A stretch of DNA of 38,628 nucleotides from Candidatus Onthoplasma sp. (GTDB taxonomy: Bacteria > Bacillota > Clostridia > Christensenellales > UBA1242). Below are positions 1 through 8,894 of this stretch, one piece after another; the stretch's first letter is position 1, and every line of letters starts with the position of its first letter. The position numbers and the translations under genes were made by a program. The stretch is taken from positions 1 through 38,628 of the forward strand of contig JAZUAB010000091.1 in assembly GCA_045637745.1 (NCBI GenBank). Direction: 5' to 3'. The notes beneath the pieces are model-generated. The model saw nothing but the letters and a program-made list of their open reading frames with translations. It was not told the origin of the DNA and did no database searches.

Positions 1-24
1 AACGACATGGCTACGATCCGACTT
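1..24. other. Sequencing adapter remnant (reverse complement of the start of the MGI/BGISEQ read-2 adapter AAGTCGGATCGTAGCCATGTCGTT...)
   Basis: Bases 1-24, AACGACATGGCTACGATCCGACTT, are the exact reverse complement of the first 24 nt of the BGISEQ/MGI adapter as I remember it. They sit at the extreme contig end and their composition differs sharply from the AT-rich flank. Confidence 0.85.
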
Positions 25-36
25 AATAATCAATAT

Positions 37-64
37 AAAAAGGCCTAATTAATCCGGCCTTTTA
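37..64 (-). terminator. Rho-independent terminator downstream of rplI
   Basis: AAAAGGCC (38-45) pairs with GGCCTTTT (56-63) around a 10-nt loop. The A/T runs on both sides give a U-tract on the minus strand, 12 nt after the rplI stop. Confidence 0.7.
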
Positions 65-75
65 TATCAATAATG

Positions 76-522
76 TTATTTAACTGCAGTTACCACAACC
101 TTTAATTCACACTTAACTTCTTTCATAAATTGAACAGTAATCGTGTATTCCCCAGCGTTTTTGATTGGTTCGAAGTCCAAAATCATCTTTTTATCAGCAG
201 GAACTTTAAGCTCAACCAATTTATTGAATACTTCTTGTTTGGTGATAGAACCAAATGCTTTGCCATTAGCACCAAACTTTAAACCTATATTTAGCACTTT
301 GGTTTTTAAATCATCTGCAATTGCTTGATATTTTTTCACCTCTTCGGCATGATGATATGCCTGAGCATTCTTTTGCCCCATATTATCATTAATATTACTT
401 GCAGTAGCAGGTCGTGCTATATTTTGCTTGATTAGCACATTCATAGCATATGTAGGGTTAACCTCGATAATGTCGCCTTTCTTGCCCTTACCCTTAAGGT
501 CTTGATTTAATATGACTTTCAT
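76..522 (-). CDS. rplI: 50S ribosomal protein bL9
   Basis: The 148-aa product MKVILNQDLKGKGKKGDIIEV... has the typical L9 N-terminal domain and length. The start was moved from the ORF-track 588 to ATG 520-522, which has a GGAGAG SD 7 nt upstream. TAA stop at 76-78. Confidence 0.9.
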   Translation of the reverse strand: MKVILNQDLKGKGKKGDIIEVNPTYAMNVLIKQNIARPATASNINDNMGQKNAQAYHHAEEVKKYQAIADDLKTKVLNIGLKFGANGKAFGSITKQEVFNKLVELKVPADKKMILDFEPIKNAGEYTITVQFMKEVKCELKVVVTAVK

Positions 523-556
523 AATCTCTCCTTTGCTATGTATTATAGCATACTTT

Positions 557-1174
557 TTACCAAATATCAAAGGTATTGTATGGCTCACTTAAAATTTTTT
601 CAGTTTTAAACATGTCTACTGCCGGATCAACATATTTAGACCTTATATGGCGTTGTCCAAGTAAGAAATATTTATATTTTTCATTAATCTTATTCTCCAA
701 TTCAGATATTTCACTTAATGTATAAAAAAACTTACCTCTAAACCCACATTCCTCAATGGCATCCTGATAACAATCTATTAACAACTTGGCCGAAGAGCTA
801 TCCACAATCGCATCACCTCTTCTAATCTTGCTATTTAACTGGCTACTATCACTAATATATGTTTTATCTCCTGCCACATGTGTGTAATAGTCCCCCTCTA
901 TATACATTGATTTTTTAAACTTTGCAGGTTCATAAGTGCAGATGGCTATGCGTTTTGGTTGAAAATATATTTCCATATCATCAGGAAATTGATCTATCCT
1001 TCTATGAACCTTATACCCTTCTACCGCACCAATATTGACACAACATAAATTAAAAATATGATACGCCTTATCTATTTCACAGGCTTTGCCTCGTTTAATC
1101 AAGGACTTGGCAAAAAAACTAGGCATATCCACAATTTCATCTTTATCAAATTGATTAAATATTTTAATCTTCAT
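557..1174 (-). CDS. Hypothetical protein (205 aa), no family recognised
   Basis: Long ORF. The internal start ATG 1172-1174 (MKIKIFNQ...) is preceded by an AGAGGGA SD. No TM segments or motifs that I can name. Confidence 0.6.
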   Translation of the reverse strand: MKIKIFNQFDKDEIVDMPSFFAKSLIKRGKACEIDKAYHIFNLCCVNIGAVEGYKVHRRIDQFPDDMEIYFQPKRIAICTYEPAKFKKSMYIEGDYYTHVAGDKTYISDSSQLNSKIRRGDAIVDSSSAKLLIDCYQDAIEECGFRGKFFYTLSEISELENKINEKYKYFLLGQRHIRSKYVDPAVDMFKTEKILSEPYNTFDIW

Positions 1175-1353
1175 ACATCCCTCTTTCGTATCAAATACTA
1201 TCATACGAAACAGTGGTTGTCAATACCAAAATTAAAACTTTGTTTTAATAAATTACACTTAAGATTATAATTACCACCTTAGTTTTGCTATTATTTTACT
1301 AGCCATATTGAATACTATTTACAATTTGGTCAATACTAATTTTAGGAGAAATT

Positions 1354-1668
1354 ATGGATATAGTATGCAGAAAATATAGTTGCACTTACAACAATAATAT
1401 GAAATGTGACAGAAAATATTTAGAGGTAACCAAAGGGGCAAGTTGTGCCGATATTGCGATTGATAAATCCAAGCCTGTAGAAGACGTTTCAAAAGACATG
1501 TTTAACCACGAACCTGAAATAGCACCTTTTCGTCATTGCAAGTGCATAAATATTAAATGTAGCGCTAAAAATTGTATATTTAATAACAATACTAAATGTA
1601 TGTCTAATGGTATATTTGTAGGTTCGGCAAAAACTTACGCCCCTTGCAATAGTTTTCAAGAGAAATAA
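1354..1668 (+). CDS. Cys-rich protein with two DUF1540-like repeats
   Basis: AGGAGA SD 5 nt before the ATG. There are two copies of the pattern C-x2-C-x-YN...C...I.V....C..F (CRKYSCTYNNNMKC...CADIAI and CINIKCSAKNCIFNNNTKC...GIFVG...PCNSF), typical of the Firmicute DUF1540 family as I recall it. Confidence 0.65.
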   Translation: MDIVCRKYSCTYNNNMKCDRKYLEVTKGASCADIAIDKSKPVEDVSKDMFNHEPEIAPFRHCKCINIKCSAKNCIFNNNTKCMSNGIFVGSAKTYAPCNSFQEK

Positions 1669-1673
1669 CTTAA

Positions 1674-1703
1674 AAAACACTGCATAATAATTTGCAGTGT
1701 TTT
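1674..1703. terminator. Bidirectional intrinsic terminator between convergent genes
   Basis: AAAACACTGCA (1674-1684) pairs with TGCAGTGTTTT (1693-1703) around an 8-nt loop, with A and T runs on either side. Confidence 0.8.
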
Positions 1704-1710
1704 GTTTTAT

Positions 1711-1971
1711 CTATTTTTTATTTTTAACGCTCGCTCCACAAGATGTGCACTTATTTACCCCGTGAGGCACTTTGGCACCACAGTATTCACATATTTTTTC
1801 TTTAACAATTTCTTGTTGAATCTCTGCAGACTTCTCTGCGTATGCTGAAATTGTTGTTACCATATCTTGCATATCTTTTTCAGCGCTTTTGTGTGAAAAG
1901 AAAATGCTTTTTGCAATACCCAAAAAAATTGCAAAAAATATTATTAATGGAACAATAAATACAAACCACAT
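1711..1971 (-). CDS. Small membrane-anchored zinc-ribbon protein
   Basis: N-terminal TM helix (WFVFIVPLIIFFAIFLGIA) and a C-terminal CxxC-x11-CxxC motif (CEYCGAKVPHGVNKCTSCGA). AAGGAG SD overlaps the end of the upstream LtaS-like gene. Confidence 0.7.
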   Translation of the reverse strand: MWFVFIVPLIIFFAIFLGIAKSIFFSHKSAEKDMQDMVTTISAYAEKSAEIQQEIVKEKICEYCGAKVPHGVNKCTSCGASVKNKK

Positions 1972-1985
1972 AAATCTATCTCCTT

Positions 1986-4229
1986 TTACGAATTAATCAT
2001 TTTTAACTTTTGCACAAATAACTGCGCATTAGTTATTGAATTATCGTTAATATTCTTTCTACCAAAATAGTCGTTATAGAATATACGATTACATACACTT
2101 AACTTTTCAAGCAGTATTTTTGCTTCTACTTCCACTTGATTTATATGCTCTTCACTATCATAATTGCTAATATCCGCATATTTCAATGCCGGGTCGTTAC
2201 GTCCAACAGTATTATCTTTACGAATATATTTTATGTTATTTAAACTTACAAAATACATATTGTCGGTTATAAACATATCATAAGCACGTGAATACAATAC
2301 ACTAACATCCAGTTCAAAGGCAGAATGGCCAAAATATAAATTACCATACACATTAATTCCGCATAAGTCAAATAGTGTTGGAACAATGTCTGCCGTACAC
2401 ATAAACTTTTTAACCAATATTTGAGTCCCTTGCTCCGTATCTGTAATCACATATCTATTGCGTATTTGCTGTGTTGCTAGTTCTAAAGCGGTTGCGCTAT
2501 CTAAATTAGGGTTTTCCGCCACCAAATTATTAGCCAACCCATCAATTAACGTAGTGCTTAAATAATTTTTAATTCTATTCATATCTGGATATCTAATCAT
2601 ACAAGGCACTCTATACAAATTGGTATAATTATCGTCCTTAGTGTTATCAATGTCTTTTACATAATTAGATAGGCTAGAATAATATGTATTATGGTCGCCA
2701 AATAGGCAAATAATTGTATTTTCTAGCAAGGTTTCGCCATTAACATCGTCATTTATATATCTATTAGATAACTCCTCAATCACTACTCCTAAAGCCTTAT
2801 CAAACTCTCGCACACATGCTGTGTAATAATAAAAGTTGTTGTGATTAAACGCTTCAAAGCTGTCACCACCTTTAGCTTTAATGCCATATTTATTCAATTC
2901 GGCATAATGCTCTTTTAAGTTATTCCTATATGTATATTGCCCGTGCATTGTGATACTTGTAATATAGGTATAAAAACGCTGATCGGTCGGGAACATTTTG
3001 TCTGCACACACCTCTATCATTTCGGAATCAAGATTTCTCTCACCCTTGGCGCTATAATCAGTCATTCCCATTTTCTTCATTTGATCAGTAGCAGTATAAC
3101 TATCAAAACCCGCAGAAATCAGTTCTTTATTTCTATTATAATATGTATAACTACCGTTATGGAATGAGTTACAAGTAATATCTTCATCCAAAGCCTTTAA
3201 CACACTTGGCATTGTTGTGCTCATAGTATTGTTAGGGAAATCATAGTTGATATACACATTAGTAGGGTACGAACCTAAAAAGCTCATATTTTCAGATATA
3301 TCTGTTTTTTCTCTTGAGTAAAAATTGCTTAGCACAATACTATCATCGTAGAACGCATATAAGTTTGGATACAACTCTCTTAATACGTCTTCCGCGCTGG
3401 TGAAAGCGTTCCCATTAGCATCTGTATATTTACTATAGTCAATATCAAAACCATTTGCGAACAAGCTAAAGTCTTGTGTAAACCCGTGCCACTCAAGCGA
3501 CTCAACTAAAATTGTCACCACATTGTATTCATTATCGGTTTCAAAATTTGATGTATATATATTATTATTGTCATAGATAAAATCTTCAAGTTGTTGTTCA
3601 TCTCCCAATTCAACATTTGTAAAGAATGTTCCTTTGACAAACTCATTTAAAAAGTTTCCAATTATTCCATATTCACAATATGACGCCTCGCTTGAACGAT
3701 ACAGTTTAGCTTGAACATCTTCTTCAAAGTTCCTATTGTTTAAATATAGCGTTGTTCCCAAGCCTGCAACAACCGCAATCAAAGTAGGAATAGAATACCA
3801 TTTAATATATACTGGTTGTTCTGCATGACGTACATATCTTCCCCCAAAAACTATATACAGCGCAATTGACAACATTGATATTGCAAAGAATGTAAAATTA
3901 ATAGGCACAGACTCAAGTATTGCCATACCATCATTACGAAGGTTAAACATACCATAGTCAAATATCGTCTCGGTCATTTCAAATATTACAATAAATACCA
4001 AATCAACAACCATAAAGAAGATTAACAACAACGAAGAAGCTATATGCCTAGCTTTGTTTGATTTAATTGTTAGCAATATCAACATTATAAATAATTGAAC
4101 CAACAAAAATATGTATGGCGAGCGAATGTAAAATTTATCACTAGTAACAAAAACTGCCGTCAACTCAATCAACAACGCCAATCCAAAATATATCCATATT
4201 AATACATTAGACTTAAAAAACTTTTTCAT
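1986..4229 (-). CDS. LtaS-family (lipoteichoic acid synthase / sulfatase-like, alkaline-phosphatase superfamily) membrane protein
   Basis: About 5 N-terminal TM helices followed by an extracytoplasmic domain with sulfatase/LtaS-like blocks (VVTILVESLEW, ITSITMHGQYTY, LFGDHN). Confidence 0.7.
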   Translation of the reverse strand: MKKFFKSNVLIWIYFGLALLIELTAVFVTSDKFYIRSPYIFLLVQLFIMLILLTIKSNKARHIASSLLLIFFMVVDLVFIVIFEMTETIFDYGMFNLRNDGMAILESVPINFTFFAISMLSIALYIVFGGRYVRHAEQPVYIKWYSIPTLIAVVAGLGTTLYLNNRNFEEDVQAKLYRSSEASYCEYGIIGNFLNEFVKGTFFTNVELGDEQQLEDFIYDNNNIYTSNFETDNEYNVVTILVESLEWHGFTQDFSLFANGFDIDYSKYTDANGNAFTSAEDVLRELYPNLYAFYDDSIVLSNFYSREKTDISENMSFLGSYPTNVYINYDFPNNTMSTTMPSVLKALDEDITCNSFHNGSYTYYNRNKELISAGFDSYTATDQMKKMGMTDYSAKGERNLDSEMIEVCADKMFPTDQRFYTYITSITMHGQYTYRNNLKEHYAELNKYGIKAKGGDSFEAFNHNNFYYYTACVREFDKALGVVIEELSNRYINDDVNGETLLENTIICLFGDHNTYYSSLSNYVKDIDNTKDDNYTNLYRVPCMIRYPDMNRIKNYLSTTLIDGLANNLVAENPNLDSATALELATQQIRNRYVITDTEQGTQILVKKFMCTADIVPTLFDLCGINVYGNLYFGHSAFELDVSVLYSRAYDMFITDNMYFVSLNNIKYIRKDNTVGRNDPALKYADISNYDSEEHINQVEVEAKILLEKLSVCNRIFYNDYFGRKNINDNSITNAQLFVQKLKMINS

Positions 4230-4236
4230 ATTCCAC

Positions 4237-4902
4237 CTACAATAAATATATCAAATAGCATAGTACCCACGCGTTCATAAATTTACGTCCCGCTATTAAA
4301 TATATAATTCCATATAACAAACTAACAATCAAATAAAACGCTCTTAAATCTACAGCCAATACAAAAAAGTCAATCAAACCAAAAGTCAAGAACGCCAGTA
4401 TTGCACCATAAGGTATAATGTATTTGAATTTAAAAATAATTTCAAAGCCCTGTTGCACGCATACAATAAACATCACCATTAACACCATACGTACTGCATA
4501 TGCCAAAATTTCACACACATTGCACACCAATCCAACTGATGTTACTCTAACGCCCAACGCATATACAATCTTAACTTTCCAATTAATGCAGGCGCTAACA
4601 ATTAGCATTGGCACAATTGTTAAGGCAAATAATACAACCACTTGCCATGTTTGCAATTCTTTTTTATTTCCGCTAAACAATTTAATTCCCAATTTTTTGC
4701 AAATAAATATTAAAGCGATTGCCTCAACACCCCAAATAATTGCACTCGTGATTGACACAAACATTTTAACCAAGTTGCCATAATACACGTCGTCAAAAAT
4801 CGGTATAAACAAATCGGCTAATGCATTAGAATACAAGCACAACAAGGTTATGCCTGCAATTACAAAATATTTTATACAACTTTTATCTTTTACTATAGTC
4901 AT
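4237..4902 (-). CDS. Polytopic membrane protein, unknown function
   Basis: 221 aa with about 6-7 hydrophobic helices. AGGTGA SD. First gene of the 4902->1711 minus-strand operon. Confidence 0.65.
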   Translation of the reverse strand: MTIVKDKSCIKYFVIAGITLLCLYSNALADLFIPIFDDVYYGNLVKMFVSITSAIIWGVEAIALIFICKKLGIKLFSGNKKELQTWQVVVLFALTIVPMLIVSACINWKVKIVYALGVRVTSVGLVCNVCEILAYAVRMVLMVMFIVCVQQGFEIIFKFKYIIPYGAILAFLTFGLIDFFVLAVDLRAFYLIVSLLYGIIYLIAGRKFMNAWVLCYLIYLL

Positions 4903-4920
4903 AATATTTCACCTACAACT

Positions 4921-4949
4921 AGTATAGCACTAAACAGATAAAATCTCAA
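4921..4949 (-). promoter_or_regulatory. Sigma-70-type promoter for the membrane/LtaS/zinc-ribbon operon
   Basis: Minus strand reads TTGAGA (4949-4944), 17 nt, TATACT (4926-4921). Confidence 0.5.
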
Positions 4950-5070
4950 CTATAATAAATTTATTTATTATATTTCTAGAATAAAAAATAAATAAAAATA
5001 TTAATTTGAAATTATTAAAATAAATTAAAAATAATTCGTTTTACACTTAAAAATAGTATATTTTAATAAA

Positions 5071-5103
5071 AATAAGGCAATTTTAATATTTTTTTGCCTT
5101 ATT
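5071..5103 (-). terminator. Terminator downstream of nrdG
   Basis: AATAAGGCAA (5071-5080) pairs with TTGCCTTATT (5094-5103) in a 10-bp stem, with T-rich sequence following on the minus strand. Confidence 0.65.
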
Positions 5104-5111
5104 TTATTTTT

Positions 5112-5642
5112 TTAATTATTTAATGGTGATAAAATTATTTTATTTTCTTTCAACGTTTGTTGAATATCAATTATTCGTTGATTTGATGAACCTCTAAAGT
5201 TTAATCGTATATCACGTAAATCAATGTCAAACCTTCCATCAACCAATATGTCAATATGTTTAAGCAACTCCAAGGTGTAATCGCAATTTGGATATGCGCC
5301 AGGCTTTAACAATTCGTCTTCTAGCCTAAACCCCGAATAAGCCCATATGGTTTTATCGGGATACATAGCCTTAACCTTTTTTACAAGCTCTAGCAACACT
5401 GCTTGATTTTTAGGCTCAAATGGTTCACCACCCAACAATGTTAATCCATTGACAAAATCTGATTTCAAATTATCAAGAATATATTGTTCTGTTTGCTCAG
5501 TATAAGGTGTTCCATATTCAAAGTTCCAAGTTTCAGGGTTAAAGCATTGTTTGCAATGATTGGTACAGCCCGATACAAATAGCGAGACTCTTATGCCCTC
5601 GCCATTTGCTATGTCATTAAGTTTAATTTTTCCGTAATGCAT
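5112..5642 (-). CDS. nrdG: Anaerobic ribonucleoside-triphosphate reductase activating protein (radical SAM)
   Basis: CTNHCKQC (CxxxCxxC) cluster near the N-terminus, about 175 aa. Its start overlaps the nrdD stop (TAATG). Confidence 0.9.
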   Translation of the reverse strand: MHYGKIKLNDIANGEGIRVSLFVSGCTNHCKQCFNPETWNFEYGTPYTEQTEQYILDNLKSDFVNGLTLLGGEPFEPKNQAVLLELVKKVKAMYPDKTIWAYSGFRLEDELLKPGAYPNCDYTLELLKHIDILVDGRFDIDLRDIRLNFRGSSNQRIIDIQQTLKENKIILSPLNN

Positions 5643-7819
5643 TATAAATGTAATACCCTATCCCTTATTTCTTGAGTTCTGCCTTGATTCCAAAATTGTG
5701 AGCCAATATAGCCACATGTACGGCGTGCCACATTCATCTTTGTTTGGTCGCGATTTTTACAATGCGGACATTCCCACATCAATTTACCATCATCTTCAAC
5801 CACTTGAATTTCACCATCATATGAACATACATGACAATAATCGCTTTTTGTATTAAGTTCGGCATACATAATATTATCATATATGTATTTCATAACTTGC
5901 AACACCGCTTCAATATTGTTTTGCATATTTGGCACTTCAACATAACTTATAGCGCCACCAGGACTTAGTGCTTGGAATTCGCTTTCTAGACTTAACTTGC
6001 TAAACGCATCAATTGGCTCAGTAACGTGTACGTGATATGAATTGGTAACATAGTTTTTGTCAGTAACACCATCAATTATGCCAAATCTCTTTTGCAATGT
6101 TTTAGCAAATTTATATGTAGTGCTTTCAAGTGGAGTTCCATATAATGAATAATCTATACATTCAGCCTCTTTCCACTTCTTAGTATACTCGTTAAGTTTG
6201 CGCATAATTTCAAGGCCAAGTTTTTTGCCTTCCTCTTCAGTTAACTTTTTACCGATAAGCGCATAAACAGTTTCCCATAACCCAGCGTAGCCTAATGAAA
6301 TAGTTGAATAACCACCATGCAACAACTTATCAATAGTTTCGCCCGGCTTTAATCTTGCTAAGGCACCATGTTGCCACAATATTGGTGCAACATCTGTAAT
6401 TGTCCCGCTTAAACGTTCGTGCCTGCATTGTATTGCACGATGACATAATTCCATACGTTCATCAAATATTTCCCAGAATTTAGCCATATCTTTTTCAGCA
6501 GATAAAGCAATATCAATTAAGTTTACAGTTACAACACCTTGGTTAAATCGTCCGTAATATTTAGCCTTGCCATTTTCATCTACATAAGGTGTCAAGAAAC
6601 TACGACATCCCATACAAGTATAACAATGTCCGTCACCGTTTTTATCAACCTTTAATTCCAACATCTTCTTTTCAGAAATATAGTCAGGAACCATACGCTT
6701 CGCAGTACACTTAGCAGCAAGTTCGGTTAAATAGTAATACTTGCTATCCTTATGAATATTATCTTCTTCAAGAACATAAATCAATTTAGGGAATGCAGGA
6801 GTCACATATATACCTTCCTCATTTTTGATACCTTTATGGCGTTGTTTTAATGTTTCTTCAATAAGTTTTGCAATATCCGCCTTTTCTTGCTCAGATTTAG
6901 CTTCACCTAAATACAAAAATTCAGTTATAAAAGGAGCCTGACCATTTGTGGTCATTAGTGTAACCACTTGATATTGAATGGTTTGTACGCCGTTTTGGAT
7001 TTCCTTATCAAGACGCTTTTCAACGATCTTGTTCAATAATTTTTCATCCACTTTGCCACACGCTTCCATAAGTTCTTCGCTTACTTGAGCTCTAATCTTA
7101 CGCCTACTCACATCTACAAACGGTGCAAGATGCGCAATACTAATACTTTGTCCACCATATTGCGAACTAGCAACTTGCGCCACTATTTGTGTAGCAATAT
7201 TGCAGGCGGTCGAGAATGAATTTGGTCTATCAATCTTAGTTCCACTAATAACAGTGCCATTTTGCAACATATCTTCAAGATTAACCAAGCAACAATTGTG
7301 CATATGTTGTGCGAAATAGTCCATATCGTGAAAGTGAATTATTCCTTGCTCGTGAGCCTCCACAATATCCGCTGGCAACAAGAATCTTCTTGTAATATCT
7401 TTACTAACTTCACCCGCCATATAATCACGTTGCACACTATTGACTGTTGGATTTTTGTTAGAATTTTCTTGTTTTACTTCTTCGTTATTAACCTCAATAA
7501 GTGAAAGTATTTGTTGGTCAGTACTATTAGCCTTACGGATTAATGCCCTTTTGTACCTATATGTAATATAATTTTTAGCCACATCAAACGCACCAAGCTT
7601 CATAATTCCACGCTCAACAAGGTCTTGAACTTCTTCAACGTGAACTGCACGTCCAACGCTTTCGCATTCAGCCACAACCCCATTCAACACTTCATCAATT
7701 TGCTCGTCAGTCAAACGCTTGCTCAACTCATCAATTGATAAATTTGCCTTAATAATCGCATTTTTAATCTTAGCTTCGTCAAACACAACTTCTTGACCGC
7801 TACGTTTAATAACTCTCAT
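5642..7819 (-). CDS. nrdD: Anaerobic ribonucleoside-triphosphate reductase (class III RNR)
   Basis: N-terminal ATP-cone (VIKRSGQEVVFDEAKI), a C-terminal Zn site (CHVC...CPHC) and the glycyl-radical motif RTCGYIG. The start was moved to ATG 7817-7819, which has a GGGAGAAG SD. Confidence 0.95.
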   Translation of the reverse strand: MRVIKRSGQEVVFDEAKIKNAIIKANLSIDELSKRLTDEQIDEVLNGVVAECESVGRAVHVEEVQDLVERGIMKLGAFDVAKNYITYRYKRALIRKANSTDQQILSLIEVNNEEVKQENSNKNPTVNSVQRDYMAGEVSKDITRRFLLPADIVEAHEQGIIHFHDMDYFAQHMHNCCLVNLEDMLQNGTVISGTKIDRPNSFSTACNIATQIVAQVASSQYGGQSISIAHLAPFVDVSRRKIRAQVSEELMEACGKVDEKLLNKIVEKRLDKEIQNGVQTIQYQVVTLMTTNGQAPFITEFLYLGEAKSEQEKADIAKLIEETLKQRHKGIKNEEGIYVTPAFPKLIYVLEEDNIHKDSKYYYLTELAAKCTAKRMVPDYISEKKMLELKVDKNGDGHCYTCMGCRSFLTPYVDENGKAKYYGRFNQGVVTVNLIDIALSAEKDMAKFWEIFDERMELCHRAIQCRHERLSGTITDVAPILWQHGALARLKPGETIDKLLHGGYSTISLGYAGLWETVYALIGKKLTEEEGKKLGLEIMRKLNEYTKKWKEAECIDYSLYGTPLESTTYKFAKTLQKRFGIIDGVTDKNYVTNSYHVHVTEPIDAFSKLSLESEFQALSPGGAISYVEVPNMQNNIEAVLQVMKYIYDNIMYAELNTKSDYCHVCSYDGEIQVVEDDGKLMWECPHCKNRDQTKMNVARRTCGYIGSQFWNQGRTQEIRDRVLHL

Positions 7820-7932
7820 AAAAACTTCTCCCTTTAAAAGCCAAATTTTGTAAATCTCTTGACTTTCTGCCCCCATTATAGTACATTATTTGTGAAAAAT
7901 ACGTTGTTTTTCCAACGGAATTGGTGGTTTTT

Positions 7933-8589
7933 ATGGAAATTTTACAAAAAATGAAAAACTCAAAAATTTTTGACCAAATCAGCGAAAATGACATCAAAGC
8001 GCTTCATTTTTGCTTCAAAACGCGTGTTTTAAGCATAAAAAAAGGCGATGTCTTGATTGATGAAGGCGAGCCTTTTGAAAGTATTGTTTTAGTGCTTGAC
8101 GGACACCTTCGCAGTGTCATCACCGACCTTTATGACACCACTTCAATCCTCGCAGATTACTATTCAGGTGATGCGGTTGGCATTGAAGAAGCCTATAGCG
8201 GTGACACAACTGCACAATATACATTAATTGCCATTGAAGACACGCAAGTGTTAACGATGAATAAATATCGCGTAATCCAGCCATGTATCAATATGTGCAT
8301 CCGGCACACCCAGTTACAAAACAATCTAGTAAAGATAATATCTCAAAAAAATATTGAATTGATGCAAAAATTCAACCATATAACACGGCATTCAATTCGC
8401 GAAAAAGTTTTGGCATACCTTCAATACATTAGCAAAAAGCAGAACTCTAAATACTTTGACATACCATTTAATAGACAAGAACTCGCCGATTATTTATCAG
8501 TTGACCGTAGCGCACTGAGTTATGAACTAAGCAAGATGAAGAAAGATGAGCTAATCGACTTTACTAAAAACCATTTTATGCTGAAGTAA
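7933..8589 (+). CDS. Crp/Fnr-family transcriptional regulator
   Basis: N-terminal cNMP-binding-like beta-roll (KKGDVLIDEGEP...VLDG) and a C-terminal HTH (RQELADYLSVDRSALSYELSKM). ATG 7933 follows a GGTGG SD. Divergent from nrdDG. Confidence 0.8.
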   Translation: MEILQKMKNSKIFDQISENDIKALHFCFKTRVLSIKKGDVLIDEGEPFESIVLVLDGHLRSVITDLYDTTSILADYYSGDAVGIEEAYSGDTTAQYTLIAIEDTQVLTMNKYRVIQPCINMCIRHTQLQNNLVKIISQKNIELMQKFNHITRHSIREKVLAYLQYISKKQNSKYFDIPFNRQELADYLSVDRSALSYELSKMKKDELIDFTKNHFMLK

Positions 8590-8601
8590 TACCAACCCTA
8601 A

Positions 8602-8799
8602 TTATAACCCCAACAAATAATCAATGCTTACATTAAAATATTTTGCCAATTTTATTAAAACTTTTAAATTAAAAACTCTTTTATCTTTTTCCCACATTAA
8701 TATACTAAAATCAGTTAATTTTAATTCATTAGCAAGCATTTCAACAGTCAATCCCCGCTCCTCTCTCAACTTTTTCAATCTTATTCCAAAATTTTTCAT
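8602..8799 (-). CDS. Small XRE-family HTH protein (65 aa)
   Basis: MKNFGIRLKKLREERGLTVEMLA...YFNVSIDYLLGL is a classic Cro/cI-type HTH. Start ATG 8797-8799 has a GGTGGGTG SD. Confidence 0.8.
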   Translation of the reverse strand: MKNFGIRLKKLREERGLTVEMLANELKLTDFSILMWEKDKRVFNLKVLIKLAKYFNVSIDYLLGL

Positions 8800-8810
8800 T
8801 TCACCCACCG

Positions 8811-8887
8811 CCATTCGTTATACCGAACATATACTACCATTCGGTGCACCAAATGTCAAGGATTTTTTATAAAAAAATTTATATAAT
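8811..8887. promoter_or_regulatory. Divergent control region between the two XRE genes, with operator-like repeats and two promoters
   Basis: Minus-strand promoter is TTGACA (8859-8854), 17 nt, TAGTAT (8836-8831). Inverted repeat ACCGAA (8822-8827) / TTCGGT (8840-8845). Direct repeat CCATTCG (8811-8817 and 8837-8843). Plus-strand TATAAT at 8882-8887 lies 7 nt before ATG 8895. Confidence 0.5.
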
Positions 8888-8894
8888 GGTTAAT

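Noticed and set aside
76-588. N-terminally extended versions of several ORFs as given in the six-frame track (76-588, 557-1204, 5642-7876, 7921-8589, 8602-8814, 8844-9098, 12525-13652, 15493-16119, 23613-23987, 26482-28266 and 34020-34946).
   Set aside because: In most cases an internal ATG preceded by a clear GGAGG-like SD (GGTGG-type for 7921-8589 and 8602-8814) gives the conserved N-terminus of the family, for example MKVILNQ for L9 and MRVIKRSG for NrdD. The two XRE starts at 8895 and 15532 lack an SD and were instead chosen because a -10 box ends just upstream. The upstream extensions lack SDs and would overlap neighbouring genes or promoters.
4903-5111. Very AT-rich, repetitive-looking intergenic tracts (also 11317-11577, 16120-16292, 23988-24093 and 37915-38180) were examined for CRISPR arrays, tandem repeats or structured ncRNAs.
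   Set aside because: I found no regularly spaced direct repeats and no conserved riboswitch or ncRNA cores. Promoters (-35/-10) and terminator hairpins account for the recognisable structure. Short repeated words such as TTGTTAATTA (16140-16149 and 16167-16176) are expected by chance at this base composition.
7820-7932. Looked for an FNR/CRP box (TTGAT-N4-ATCAA or TGTGA-N6-TCACA) or an NrdR box between nrdD and the divergent Crp/Fnr gene.
   Set aside because: Only a single TGTGA half-site (about 7891-7895) without a matching partner was found, and no NrdR-box-like tandem palindromes. This is insufficient to call a site.
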